Below, piece after piece: positions 45,633 to 55,402 of a DNA stretch of 64,000 bases (the first letter of the stretch is position 1; every line of letters begins with the position of its first letter). The position numbers and the translations under genes were made by a program. Origin of the DNA: an uncultured Bacteroidales bacterium (GTDB lineage: Bacteria > Bacteroidota > Bacteroidia > Bacteroidales > VadinHA17). Below the pieces are notes generated by a model that did no database searches, was not told the origin of the DNA, and worked only from the letters and a program-made list of their open reading frames with translations. The stretch is taken from contig CAWIQG010000007.1 of the NCBI GenBank assembly GCA_963838215.1, forward strand, positions 8,308 to 72,307. The letters run 5' to 3'.

Positions 45633-46385
45633 TTATTTTAATTTTCTGATTCGCACATCAATATTGCTATTCTTTAAAAGCTTTAAAATTATTTTAGTAT
45701 TAGTATCTCCGTAATGGTATGGGTACAGAATTTTCGGTCTAAAAGCAAGAGCAGCATCCGCGACCATTTCAGGAGTCATGGTATATGGCAGATTCATCGG
45801 AAGAAAAGCAACATCTATATTCTTGAGTGCTTTCATTTCAGGGGTGTTTTCAGTATCTCCTGCAATATAGAACCTCTTATCACCGATAGTCAGAACAAAA
45901 CCTATCCCTACTCCTTTCGGATGAAAAGGCTTACCCGGGGCACGTTCATTAACAATATTATATGCAGGTATTGCTTCAATAATAATGTTATTGATTTCCT
46001 GTTTGTCACCGGCTTTCATTGCCTTAGCCCAGGGAACTTTTGCAACGGAGATTTCGTTAGAGAACATTATGGTTCCCTGTTTTTTAAGATCATTTATTAA
46101 TTTAGGATCGAGATGATCTCCATGCTCATGGGTAACCAGGATAAGGTCGGCTTTGGGAAACTTATCGTAGTTGCCAGAGCTGCGCACCGGATCAAAATAT
46201 ATGATAAAGCTGTTTACCTTGAACATAAGCGATCCATGCCCGATAAAGTACATTTCAACTATTCCTGCAGAAGTATTTATTTTGTCAGAAGCAGGAAAGT
46301 TCTGAGAATAAACCGGAATGTTCATTGAAATAATAATTATGGTAAAAGAAACTCTTAAAACTCTGATTAAATAACTGTTGCCCAT
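45633..46385 (-). CDS. MBL-fold metallo-hydrolase, probably exported
   Basis: GHGS, DP, THEHGDH, YIAGDT, LPMNLPYTM, YPYHY. Confidence 0.9.
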   Translation of the reverse strand: MGNSYLIRVLRVSFTIIIISMNIPVYSQNFPASDKINTSAGIVEMYFIGHGSLMFKVNSFIIYFDPVRSSGNYDKFPKADLILVTHEHGDHLDPKLINDLKKQGTIMFSNEISVAKVPWAKAMKAGDKQEINNIIIEAIPAYNIVNERAPGKPFHPKGVGIGFVLTIGDKRFYIAGDTENTPEMKALKNIDVAFLPMNLPYTMTPEMVADAALAFRPKILYPYHYGDTNTKIILKLLKNSNIDVRIRKLK

Positions 46386-46541
46386 TTTATTAAATTTTAA
46401 TTTCACAATATACAAATATTTGCATTAGCCGATTTAAGCTTTAACTTTCTTTAAGTTTTATATGTCTTTGTGCTGGGAAGAAGAATTATTGCAAAAAACC
46501 TGTCTGAAATTAAAGGCAGGTTTGAATATCATATCTCAGTT

Positions 46542-49500
46542 TTATTCAATTCTGATTCCCATCACCAGGATATCGTCAATCTGGGGTGTTTGTCCCCTCC
46601 ATTCCTTAAGGTTATTATCGAGAAGTTCTTTTTGTTTGCTCATTGGATAATTCTGGATATCAAGTATAAGATTTTTAAATGCTTTTTTCATAAACTTGCG
46701 GCCATTCGGCCCACCAAACTGGTCGATGTAGCCATCCGAAAAGAGATAGTATGATATTCCTTTCTCAAGAGGCCAATCGCGAAAAACGAATTCTTCATTC
46801 ATTCTTGTAGAAATTCCAATAGGCATTTTACTGGCATATATGGTCTCAAGCAGATACTTGCCATTCGACATAGAACCGTCAGGTTTTTCGGTGGAATCGT
46901 CAAGCCAGTTTTTTGCTTCATCTTCTGTCATCTTTCTTACTCTGAAACAGGGATTATAGGCCCCTGAGTATTCTATCATGTTTGTGTTGTAGTCAATTAT
47001 CAGAAGGGCCATATCCATACCGTCTTTTGCTTCATCATCACTGCCGACCTGTTTTAATGATTCAGTGACATGAAGACGTAATTCACGCAGTATTTCATTA
47101 GCACGCGGAGCGTAGTCCTTGTCAATTATCTCATCAAGGAAAGACATTCCCAGAAGGCTCATAAAGGCTCCTGGGACTCCATGCCCTGTACAATCGGCAG
47201 CCACAATATAAAGTCTTTCCCCTTTTTTTGTCATCCAGTAAAAGTCACCGCTAACAATATCCCTTGGTTTGAAAAGAACAAAGAAATTTCTGATATTTTC
47301 CTTAAGGATAGCTTCAGACGGAAGCAATGCCATCTGTATCCTGCTTGCATAGTGAATGCTCGATTCAAGTTCCTCTTTCTGCTTAACCACAACAGCGGTC
47401 CGTTCAGCGACAATTCCCTCAAGCCGTATATTCTCATTCTTAAGTTTTTTGGTATAAGCTTTTACTATTGCAAAAATTATCAGAAAGGAAGCTAAGGCAA
47501 ACCCGATAAAAGCAATGATTGTGTTGTACCATGGTTTCAGAATTATGAACTCATATTTTAGTTCATTCCCGTTAAGACCAGTAAATGTTCTTGTTCTTAC
47601 TTTAAATGTATAACGACCATATGGAAGATTTGTATAATCTTTCTCCGGATATTTGGCTTCCATTGTGTTACCGAAAGATATACCTTCCCACTTTGACCAG
47701 TCTTTATCATAACCTTCAAGCATATAACTATACTCTGTGAGTAATTCCTCTGTATAAAATGGAGTAGTCCATTCAAAGGATATCGTATTCATTTCATATA
47801 CAAAAGCCTGGACAGTTTTTGATGTACTGGTCAGTAACGGAACTCTTCTTCCGGGTTCATTGCTTTTAAAGAATGTTCCATCCATAACAACAGAATCATA
47901 TCCGGCAATAATTTTTACAAAAGAAGTATTTACACTGGCCGAATCTGTTTTAAGATCTGATTTATCCGCAACATAAACTGCTTTCGATTTCAGAAAATAT
48001 ATTTTACCTTCTGAATCCATTATACTCATCAATGGAACATTAGGCAGCAGACGGAGAACACCACAATAACTTTCAATACCATTTTCTTTATTTCGAAACA
48101 GCATTTCAATATTGGCTTTATCAATTCCACTGAACCATAGATCATTATCATTGTCAAGAAAAAGATTTTGCGAGAATTTATCTTCAGAATATCCGGCAGT
48201 TAAGTGGTTGTCTTTGATAAATCTATCAGCTGATTTATCATATCTCAGAATGCCTTTGGCTGCAGTAATATATAATTCATCCTTTATGTTATGTATTGAT
48301 AGCATTTTTATATCAGCTATCCCATTTTCAGGTCCGTATTTTGATAAGGAAGTATCTTTCCCGTTTATTTTCAGGTTATAGATTGAAGAAGGATCATCAG
48401 TTAAAAGCCATACTCCACCCTCCTTTTTTTCTACAATTCCGGATATCGCTCCGGATATTTTTTTGATTCTGTCAATATAATACCATTTGTGTCCGTCATA
48501 TTTAAGGATAACCAAACCACCTGGTTCAAGACCCAAATAAACAATTTCAGGATCAATCGAAGACTGCAATATTTTCTTTACATTATATTTAACAGATTGG
48601 TTACCATGTAAATTAAAACAAATACTTTCAATTCTTTTAACAATATCATTTTTTGAGATTTGTAATAATCCATTTAAAGAACCTGCAAGCAAAACATCAC
48701 CTGAAGCAGATTTAATAACTTTCAGAGGAAAAACCTGAGTACTTATTCCTGCCACTTTCTTAAATCCAACATTATTCTTATCATCAATGAAACTTTTAAG
48801 AACACCGGCATCAGTGGATAAGTAAAAACTACCCGCGAATTCACAGATATCATTTACACCTGATTCTATACCCTGCTTTTCAGAAAATTCTGTGAGTGGA
48901 AGATTAAAATAGGCTTTGCTTAAAACTCCCTGCGTTGAAATCCATAATTCAGATTTACTTTTATAATCACAAAACATTGCATATATCGTATTGTCCTCAA
49001 GTCCGGAGTTCTCCTTTTTAATCTGTTGAGTAAGCTCTCCTGATCTGTTAAAAATGAGTATCCCCTCCTGATTGGTAGTGCCGATTGCAAACAAATGATT
49101 TTTAATTTTTGCTCCGGCATATACACTTACTTCTTTTAATTTTTTATTTAATTTCTCATTAATAAAGCTACTATTTACATTTCCTGTATTAAAATCATAT
49201 AAAAACAAACCATCATAATAAGTACCAATAAGTATCTTGCTTTTGTTATATGGCAGCATTACTGTACAAATCTTTTTCCTGAAAAAATCTCCTCCCGGCA
49301 ACGGCAATACAATTGTGTCTTTTAATTCATAGAGTCCTCCTTCATTATCTGAAATAATCAGCTTGTCGTCAATCTTTACAAGACGGAATGCATCTACAAG
49401 GTTGAACCTAAATAAATTAATCTTTGTCAGGAGGTCTTTGTTAATATCATATACATAAATGAATCTCGGGCTAAGGAATAGTACTTTATCATTTTCCACA

Positions 49501-49901
49501 ACTATCGAATAGACTAATTTTATTTCAGGAATTGAGTCGATCCGTGAAGCAAGGGAAATATACTCCGGTTTCCCATTTACGCTCGGTTGAATATAACCAA
49601 ACTCAAAAGCAGCACCAACATACACAATTCCCCTTGAATCGGATTCCAGCGAATAAATTCTTGGATTATTCCCAATCTGTATTTTTGACCATTTAATTCC
49701 ATCATAACGAATTACCCCCCTGTCCTGATTTCCAAAATAGACATTTCCAAATATATCTTTTGTAATGCACCAGTTTTGCTCTGACCCCTGGGTAATCTGA
49801 GTGATATAATTCCTGATAACAGGTACACCATACCTGTTAACTTGTCCCGGTACTTTAAATCCCAAAAAAAAGAGAATAAGCAATATCGCGACTTTTTTCA
49901 T
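46542..49901 (-). CDS. Membrane sensor Ser/Thr phosphatase (beta-propeller + Y_Y_Y + SpoIIE/PP2C)
   Basis: Signal peptide, propeller repeats, YSYMLEGYD..WS.W...YTNLPYG.YTFKV, TM helix, PRDIVSGDFYW, ADCTGHGVPGA, DGMD, SDGYIDQFGG, DDILV. Confidence 0.92.
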   Translation of the reverse strand: MKKVAILLILFFLGFKVPGQVNRYGVPVIRNYITQITQGSEQNWCITKDIFGNVYFGNQDRGVIRYDGIKWSKIQIGNNPRIYSLESDSRGIVYVGAAFEFGYIQPSVNGKPEYISLASRIDSIPEIKLVYSIVVENDKVLFLSPRFIYVYDINKDLLTKINLFRFNLVDAFRLVKIDDKLIISDNEGGLYELKDTIVLPLPGGDFFRKKICTVMLPYNKSKILIGTYYDGLFLYDFNTGNVNSSFINEKLNKKLKEVSVYAGAKIKNHLFAIGTTNQEGILIFNRSGELTQQIKKENSGLEDNTIYAMFCDYKSKSELWISTQGVLSKAYFNLPLTEFSEKQGIESGVNDICEFAGSFYLSTDAGVLKSFIDDKNNVGFKKVAGISTQVFPLKVIKSASGDVLLAGSLNGLLQISKNDIVKRIESICFNLHGNQSVKYNVKKILQSSIDPEIVYLGLEPGGLVILKYDGHKWYYIDRIKKISGAISGIVEKKEGGVWLLTDDPSSIYNLKINGKDTSLSKYGPENGIADIKMLSIHNIKDELYITAAKGILRYDKSADRFIKDNHLTAGYSEDKFSQNLFLDNDNDLWFSGIDKANIEMLFRNKENGIESYCGVLRLLPNVPLMSIMDSEGKIYFLKSKAVYVADKSDLKTDSASVNTSFVKIIAGYDSVVMDGTFFKSNEPGRRVPLLTSTSKTVQAFVYEMNTISFEWTTPFYTEELLTEYSYMLEGYDKDWSKWEGISFGNTMEAKYPEKDYTNLPYGRYTFKVRTRTFTGLNGNELKYEFIILKPWYNTIIAFIGFALASFLIIFAIVKAYTKKLKNENIRLEGIVAERTAVVVKQKEELESSIHYASRIQMALLPSEAILKENIRNFFVLFKPRDIVSGDFYWMTKKGERLYIVAADCTGHGVPGAFMSLLGMSFLDEIIDKDYAPRANEILRELRLHVTESLKQVGSDDEAKDGMDMALLIIDYNTNMIEYSGAYNPCFRVRKMTEDEAKNWLDDSTEKPDGSMSNGKYLLETIYASKMPIGISTRMNEEFVFRDWPLEKGISYYLFSDGYIDQFGGPNGRKFMKKAFKNLILDIQNYPMSKQKELLDNNLKEWRGQTPQIDDILVMGIRIE

Positions 49902-50147
49902 GCTAAAGCCGATTTATTAACATTGTTAATTCTAATATAAAAATACGAATTTTATGTTTTATAACTATCTGTAATCTCTAATAAATTATTTCTTGTGCCT
50001 GAATATCAATTATTAGCTTCGATATCAATAATTCAGGATATTCATTTTAAGTCTTAATCAAATTTATCCCGATCATATCTGGTATTTATTGAATTTTTAA
50101 TAACTTGCCGACAGAATTTAGGGTATAGCGTTAATTAATTAACATTG

Positions 50148-53100
50148 ATGCGTTTAGGGAAAGATAAACAGGCTATTATATTAGCAGTTTTTCTGCTTTT
50201 TTCAGCATCAGCTGGTGGACAGGCAGGAAGAAGTTACAAATACCAGTTTGATGGTAATTTGCAGAAAATCGATGTCATTGCCGGAAATCAATCTCTTATC
50301 ATAAATTATTCAATATCAGAGATTAACATTGGAAGTGTTATCAATGATCATGGTTCCTTTTTCCGTGTGTCCATACCAGGGCACGTTTCCACTTCAGATC
50401 CGGGCAAACCTGAGCTTCCTGTATTCAGCCGTTTGATCACAATTCCTGACGGTTCTGATTATAGAGTAAAGATTTCTGAAATCAAATCATCCAGGATCAA
50501 TCCTTCAGAGGGAAAAATCGAAGGTGTACTTTTCCCGGCTCAGGAAGGGGAAACGAAGGAAATACAGCAAAAGAAACCTGAATTTTCAATTGACAAAGCT
50601 GTTTATGCAACCCGGGGAATTATCGCATCCGACACTGTCAGAATTGAATCATTAGGCACCGTAAGACGTAAAAAACTGTCGAACCTGTTTATTTCCCCGG
50701 TAAAATATAATCCGCATTCGAATATATTGGAAGTTATTACATCAATGAAGATTGAGATAACTTTTTCAAACAAAGGTAAAGTAGTATCAAAATCTCTTTT
50801 CCCTGAATCGACGCTTTTTAATGAATCTCTTTCAAAAGCAGTGCTTGACTACAATACCGGGGATGTAATTCCCGGATATTCGAACCAGCCTGTTAAGATG
50901 GTAATCATAACCGACACTGCCTTCAAAAAGCTGCTGCAGCCATTCTTCAAATGGAAAACACAGAAGGGCATTAAACTGCAGGTACTTTATAAAGGAACAG
51001 GACTGGCCGGAAATACTTATACTCAGCTGAAGGATACACTGACAAAGATTTACAATGCTTCATCTGGAACCAATCCTCCTCCTGAATACCTGCTTATAAT
51101 CGGAGATGTCAACAGGGTGCCTTATTACGGTACAGGTAATGTTACTGACATGTATTACGGAGAATTTGATGGTGACGGTGATTATATTCCTGATATGTAT
51201 ATCGGCAGGCTGCCTGTCACCGACACAACCGACTTAAAATCTGTTGTTACTAAAATAATTCAATATGAGAAGTTTACATTTGCCGATACAAATAATTTCT
51301 ATTCCCGGGCAATCGCCACTGCCGGCGTCGATGCAGACTATGCAAACTATATGAATGGACAGGTAAACTATGCTGTTACAAATTACCTGACACTTTCAAA
51401 TAAAATATCCGGAGTTCCTTTTTATTATTTTCAAGATTTAGATCAAACAGGAGCAGCACTATCCAGAAAAGATTCAATAATAAATTTAATTAATAATGGC
51501 ACTTCATTCATTAATTATACCGGACATGGTGAATCTGATGGATGGTTATCTCTGAATATTTATTCAACGGATATACCTGGGCTTAAGAATAAATACATGT
51601 ATCCTTTGGTGATAAGTAATGCCTGCAATACCAGCCAGTTTAACACCACTTCTTTTGGAAATAAAATGGTAACAACCGCTGATAAGGGTGCAATAGGTTT
51701 TATCGGATGCTCAAATGACTCTTACTGGGATGAGGATTTTTACTGGTCCGTCGGGCCACAGACTCCTTCTGCAAATCCCACTTATCAGGCAACGGATCTT
51801 GGAGCTTACGATCGGCTGTTTCATACACAAGGGGAATCTCCTTCAGATTGGTATTTCACAATGGGACAGATTAATTATGCAGGAAATCTTGCTGTAAGTG
51901 CAAGTACATCGTCAAGGAAGAAATATTACTGGGAGACCTATAATCTGGTTGGTGATCCCAGTGTTATTCCTATTCTTGGGAAACCTGTACCTTTCAATGT
52001 CTCCCTGCCCGATACACTTCCAAACGGGATGAAATCATTATCGCTGAATGTTGATCCTTTTGCATACGTAGCCGTTTCACATTTTGATACTCTATGGGAT
52101 GCTTCATACTCCAGTCCATCAGGATCAGTAATGCTTAAGATGCCGGGACTGTCAAATGATTCCTGCCTTATCGTAATAACAGGTCAAAACAGAGTGCCTG
52201 TCATAAAGACAATTCATTTTTCGAATATGACCAAAGAATTTATTAATCTGACATCTACAAGTATAAATGATAATCTGGGAAATGGCAATGGGCTGGCTGA
52301 CTTCGGCGAGAAATTTTATCTTAATCTGAAAGTGAGTAATCTTGGCCTGACAGATGCCTCAGGACTTTATGCAAAAATATCGTCATCATCCGACCTGATA
52401 ACAATTGACAATGATTCAACATATATCGGGACACTACCTGCCAAATCGGATGTTATTCTTTCAGATGAACTGGCTATTACTGTTTCAGACGATGTCCCGG
52501 ATAAGGGAATAGTGACCATGAACCTGATTCTGAAGGATCTTAAATCGGAAAAGCATTACACGTTTGATTTCACGGTACATGCACCCAACCTTCAGATAAT
52601 CAGCTGTACACTGGATGATTCTCTCCTTGGAAATGACGATTACATTGCCGATCCGGGAGAAACTTTTAATCTGATATTCGAGGTTCGCAACCAGGGGACC
52701 AGCGATGCATCAGGTCAATTCAGTATTGTTAATCCGGAAAATGATCTCATTATTCCTGAACCACCAATCAAATCAGGTATACTGAAATTCGGTGAGGTTA
52801 CAAATGTTCCGGTAACAGTAAAATTATCAGATACTGTTTTATCAGGCAGTTATGTTTCAGTTTTATCGACGCTCGATTGCGGCCCGTATATTGCAACTAA
52901 AGATTTTACTTTTCGTGTTGGTAAGGTAAGGGAAAGTTTTGAAGCGGCATCATTTAATATTTTTCCATGGATCAATATAAGTTCGATCCCATGGACCATT
53001 ACTTCAGGAACTTCTTATGATGGTGCTCTTTCTGCACGATCGGGAGCTATCTCTGATAATGGTACCACTTCCTTAATGATAAGGACCCTTTATGCAAAAG

Positions 53101-53939
53101 CCGATTCTCTTAAATTTTTTTACAAAGTATCATCTGAAACCGGTTATGATTTCTTTTCATTCAAGCTTAATGGCATTGAAATGCTTAAAGAATCAGGAGA
53201 GATCCCATGGACTCCGGAAGCTGTTGCCATACCCGCAGGATTGAATAAGATGGAATGGATTTATATGAAAGATGGTTCCGTATCCAAGGGCTCAGATTGT
53301 GCCTGGATCGATATGATTGATTTTACTGCTGGATCAGGTTCTGTCAGATATATCCAGAAAGATCTTGATGTTGCAAAAATTGTAACTCCAATTCTAAAGG
53401 ACCGGTTTGGACAGGGAACTGTGACAGCAAAGGTTCTGAATCTTGGTAAAGACACATTAAATGGCTTCAACCTGGCCTACCAGGTAAATGACTATTTTCC
53501 TGTAAGACAACATTTCGGAAATACTGTTATACCTTATGGTGATTCGGTTTCTGTCTCCTTTCAGACTAAAGAGGATATGTCAAAACTGGGCTATTATAAT
53601 TTTGTAGTATATGGATATGACAACAACGATGATTATCTGTTAAATGACACTACGAGCGTAGATATTCAAAACATCGACATTCTTGATTCACTTGTTATAT
53701 ACCCAAATCCCTTTAAAGATCAGTTTACAATATTTATTAATTCTTATATAGCTGACAAACTTCAGATATCAATAAACAATGTCTCAGGAATTGAATTATA
53801 TAATGTTGAAAAAGAGACTGCTATTGGTAAAAATTCAATAATTATTACTGATCTCAGGTTATTACCGGGTCTCTATTATCTTAATGTCCGGGGAGTTACA
53901 ATTAATAAGACCATACCTGTTATAAAAGCAAGCAAATAG
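50148..53939 (+). CDS. Gingipain-like C25 cysteine peptidase with propeptide and T9SS C-terminal domain
   Basis: GKPELP propeptide, YLLIIGD, IGRLP, NYTGHG (His), SNAC (Cys), YNLVGDP, Ig-like repeats, IYPNPF...GLYYL CTD. Confidence 0.9.
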   Translation: MRLGKDKQAIILAVFLLFSASAGGQAGRSYKYQFDGNLQKIDVIAGNQSLIINYSISEINIGSVINDHGSFFRVSIPGHVSTSDPGKPELPVFSRLITIPDGSDYRVKISEIKSSRINPSEGKIEGVLFPAQEGETKEIQQKKPEFSIDKAVYATRGIIASDTVRIESLGTVRRKKLSNLFISPVKYNPHSNILEVITSMKIEITFSNKGKVVSKSLFPESTLFNESLSKAVLDYNTGDVIPGYSNQPVKMVIITDTAFKKLLQPFFKWKTQKGIKLQVLYKGTGLAGNTYTQLKDTLTKIYNASSGTNPPPEYLLIIGDVNRVPYYGTGNVTDMYYGEFDGDGDYIPDMYIGRLPVTDTTDLKSVVTKIIQYEKFTFADTNNFYSRAIATAGVDADYANYMNGQVNYAVTNYLTLSNKISGVPFYYFQDLDQTGAALSRKDSIINLINNGTSFINYTGHGESDGWLSLNIYSTDIPGLKNKYMYPLVISNACNTSQFNTTSFGNKMVTTADKGAIGFIGCSNDSYWDEDFYWSVGPQTPSANPTYQATDLGAYDRLFHTQGESPSDWYFTMGQINYAGNLAVSASTSSRKKYYWETYNLVGDPSVIPILGKPVPFNVSLPDTLPNGMKSLSLNVDPFAYVAVSHFDTLWDASYSSPSGSVMLKMPGLSNDSCLIVITGQNRVPVIKTIHFSNMTKEFINLTSTSINDNLGNGNGLADFGEKFYLNLKVSNLGLTDASGLYAKISSSSDLITIDNDSTYIGTLPAKSDVILSDELAITVSDDVPDKGIVTMNLILKDLKSEKHYTFDFTVHAPNLQIISCTLDDSLLGNDDYIADPGETFNLIFEVRNQGTSDASGQFSIVNPENDLIIPEPPIKSGILKFGEVTNVPVTVKLSDTVLSGSYVSVLSTLDCGPYIATKDFTFRVGKVRESFEAASFNIFPWINISSIPWTITSGTSYDGALSARSGAISDNGTTSLMIRTLYAKADSLKFFYKVSSETGYDFFSFKLNGIEMLKESGEIPWTPEAVAIPAGLNKMEWIYMKDGSVSKGSDCAWIDMIDFTAGSGSVRYIQKDLDVAKIVTPILKDRFGQGTVTAKVLNLGKDTLNGFNLAYQVNDYFPVRQHFGNTVIPYGDSVSVSFQTKEDMSKLGYYNFVVYGYDNNDDYLLNDTTSVDIQNIDILDSLVIYPNPFKDQFTIFINSYIADKLQISINNVSGIELYNVEKETAIGKNSIIITDLRLLPGLYYLNVRGVTINKTIPVIKASK

Positions 53940-53976
53940 TGTAATTTTTACACTTTATTATACAATCTTTGTAATT

Positions 53977-54567
53977 ATGTCAATCACAATACCTACACGG
54001 GAGATGGCTTTAAACTTGTTTAAGAAATATAACAAATCAGAGAGTCTTTTAAAGCATGCGTTTTCAGTTGAAGGAGTAATGAGGTATATGGCAAAGAAAT
54101 CAGGTGAAGATGAAGAAAAATGGGGAATAATAGGATTAATCCATGACCTTGATTATGAGATGTATCCTGATCAGCATTGCATGATGACAGAAAAGATATT
54201 AAAAGAAAATAACTGGCCGGAAGAATATATCAGAGCAGTATTGAGCCACGGATGGGGTCTTGCATCAGATGTTAAGCCAGAATCGATGCTTGAAAAGACA
54301 ATGTATGCAGTAGATGAGCTGACAGGTCTCGTTGCAACAAGTGCTCTGGTAAGACCATCTAAAAGTGTGATGGATATGGAGGCCAGATCAGTTAAGAAGA
54401 AATGGAATGATAAAAAATTTGCTGCAGGTGTAAACCGGTCAGTAATAGAAAGAGGGGCTGAAATGCTTGGTGTCAGTCTGGATGAACTGATTACGGATTG
54501 TATTATGGGAATGAGGACGATTGCAGAAGAGATTGGGTTAGGGGATAAAAAAGGCTGCATCAATTGA
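53977..54567 (+). CDS. HD-domain (HDIG-like) hydrolase
   Basis: SLLKH...VE.VM, GLIHDLDYE, H, A.DELTGL..A.ALVRP, FAAGVNR. Confidence 0.9.
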   Translation: MSITIPTREMALNLFKKYNKSESLLKHAFSVEGVMRYMAKKSGEDEEKWGIIGLIHDLDYEMYPDQHCMMTEKILKENNWPEEYIRAVLSHGWGLASDVKPESMLEKTMYAVDELTGLVATSALVRPSKSVMDMEARSVKKKWNDKKFAAGVNRSVIERGAEMLGVSLDELITDCIMGMRTIAEEIGLGDKKGCIN

Positions 54568-54578
54568 TACAGCCTTTT
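54549..54578. terminator. Bidirectional terminator overlapping the HD gene stop
   Basis: AAAAGGCTGCATCA-AT-TGATACAGCCTTTT near-perfect inverted repeat. Confidence 0.7.
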
Positions 54579-54597
54579 ATTACCATTTAGAATATTA

Positions 54598-55329
54598 CTA
54601 CAATATTTTGAGTTTAACATTTTTGAACCAGACATCATTGCCGTGGTCCTGAAGGCCGATATAACCCTCTTTTGCTGTATTAAGGAACCACGTATAATCC
54701 TTGAATTTTGAGTTTAGAACCATCTTTTTCCAGTCTTCTGTCCATAGATGGTATTCAACCACATTAGCACCATTCTGAGAATATACAACAGTTCCCTGGT
54801 AAACCAGAATATGTACGTGGTTCCATTGGCCTGCAGGTTTGGTATTCTGAGGTTTTGCAGGAATAAGGTCATAGAGTGATCCGGCCATCCGGTTTCCGTC
54901 CACTCCAAGCTTGGCATCCGGATGTCTTTCATTATCAAGTAGTTGCATCTCGGGGGCCGATTTCCAGATGGGTTCACCAGGAATCTCCTGTGCCATAATA
55001 AATATTCCGCTGTTGCCTCCCTCTGAAATCTTCCAGTCCAGATCTAACTCGAAATTGCTTAGTTTCTTATCGTAGATAAGATCACCTCCGTTACCAGCCT
55101 CACCAGTTCCAGAACCTATGCAATGAAGACAACCATCAACAACATCCCACCCTTCTTTAGGGAAAGCCGGTTTGTTGTAACCGCGCCAACCTGTTGTAGT
55201 TTTACCGTCAAATATTGAGACGTATCCATCATCTTTTGCCGGAGCTTTTTTTGCTTTATCCTGTGATAAGCATGGTGTTGCAAGCCCAATGACAAGGATG
55301 CATGATAAAATAATGTTAATTAGCTTCAT
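54598..55329 (-). CDS. DUF1080 (3-keto-glycoside hydrolase/hydratase family) protein
   Basis: FDGKT..GW, NFEL..DWK....GNSGI, EMQLLDN, AGSLYD, G.WN, GYIGLQDHG..VWFKN. Confidence 0.92.
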   Translation of the reverse strand: MKLINIILSCILVIGLATPCLSQDKAKKAPAKDDGYVSIFDGKTTTGWRGYNKPAFPKEGWDVVDGCLHCIGSGTGEAGNGGDLIYDKKLSNFELDLDWKISEGGNSGIFIMAQEIPGEPIWKSAPEMQLLDNERHPDAKLGVDGNRMAGSLYDLIPAKPQNTKPAGQWNHVHILVYQGTVVYSQNGANVVEYHLWTEDWKKMVLNSKFKDYTWFLNTAKEGYIGLQDHGNDVWFKNVKLKIL

Positions 55330-55402
55330 ATATTTCAAAAATTAAAGGTTAATAGTCAAAAATTAAAAATTACGGATTAAGTGAACCAATAATCAATGTA
55401 AA

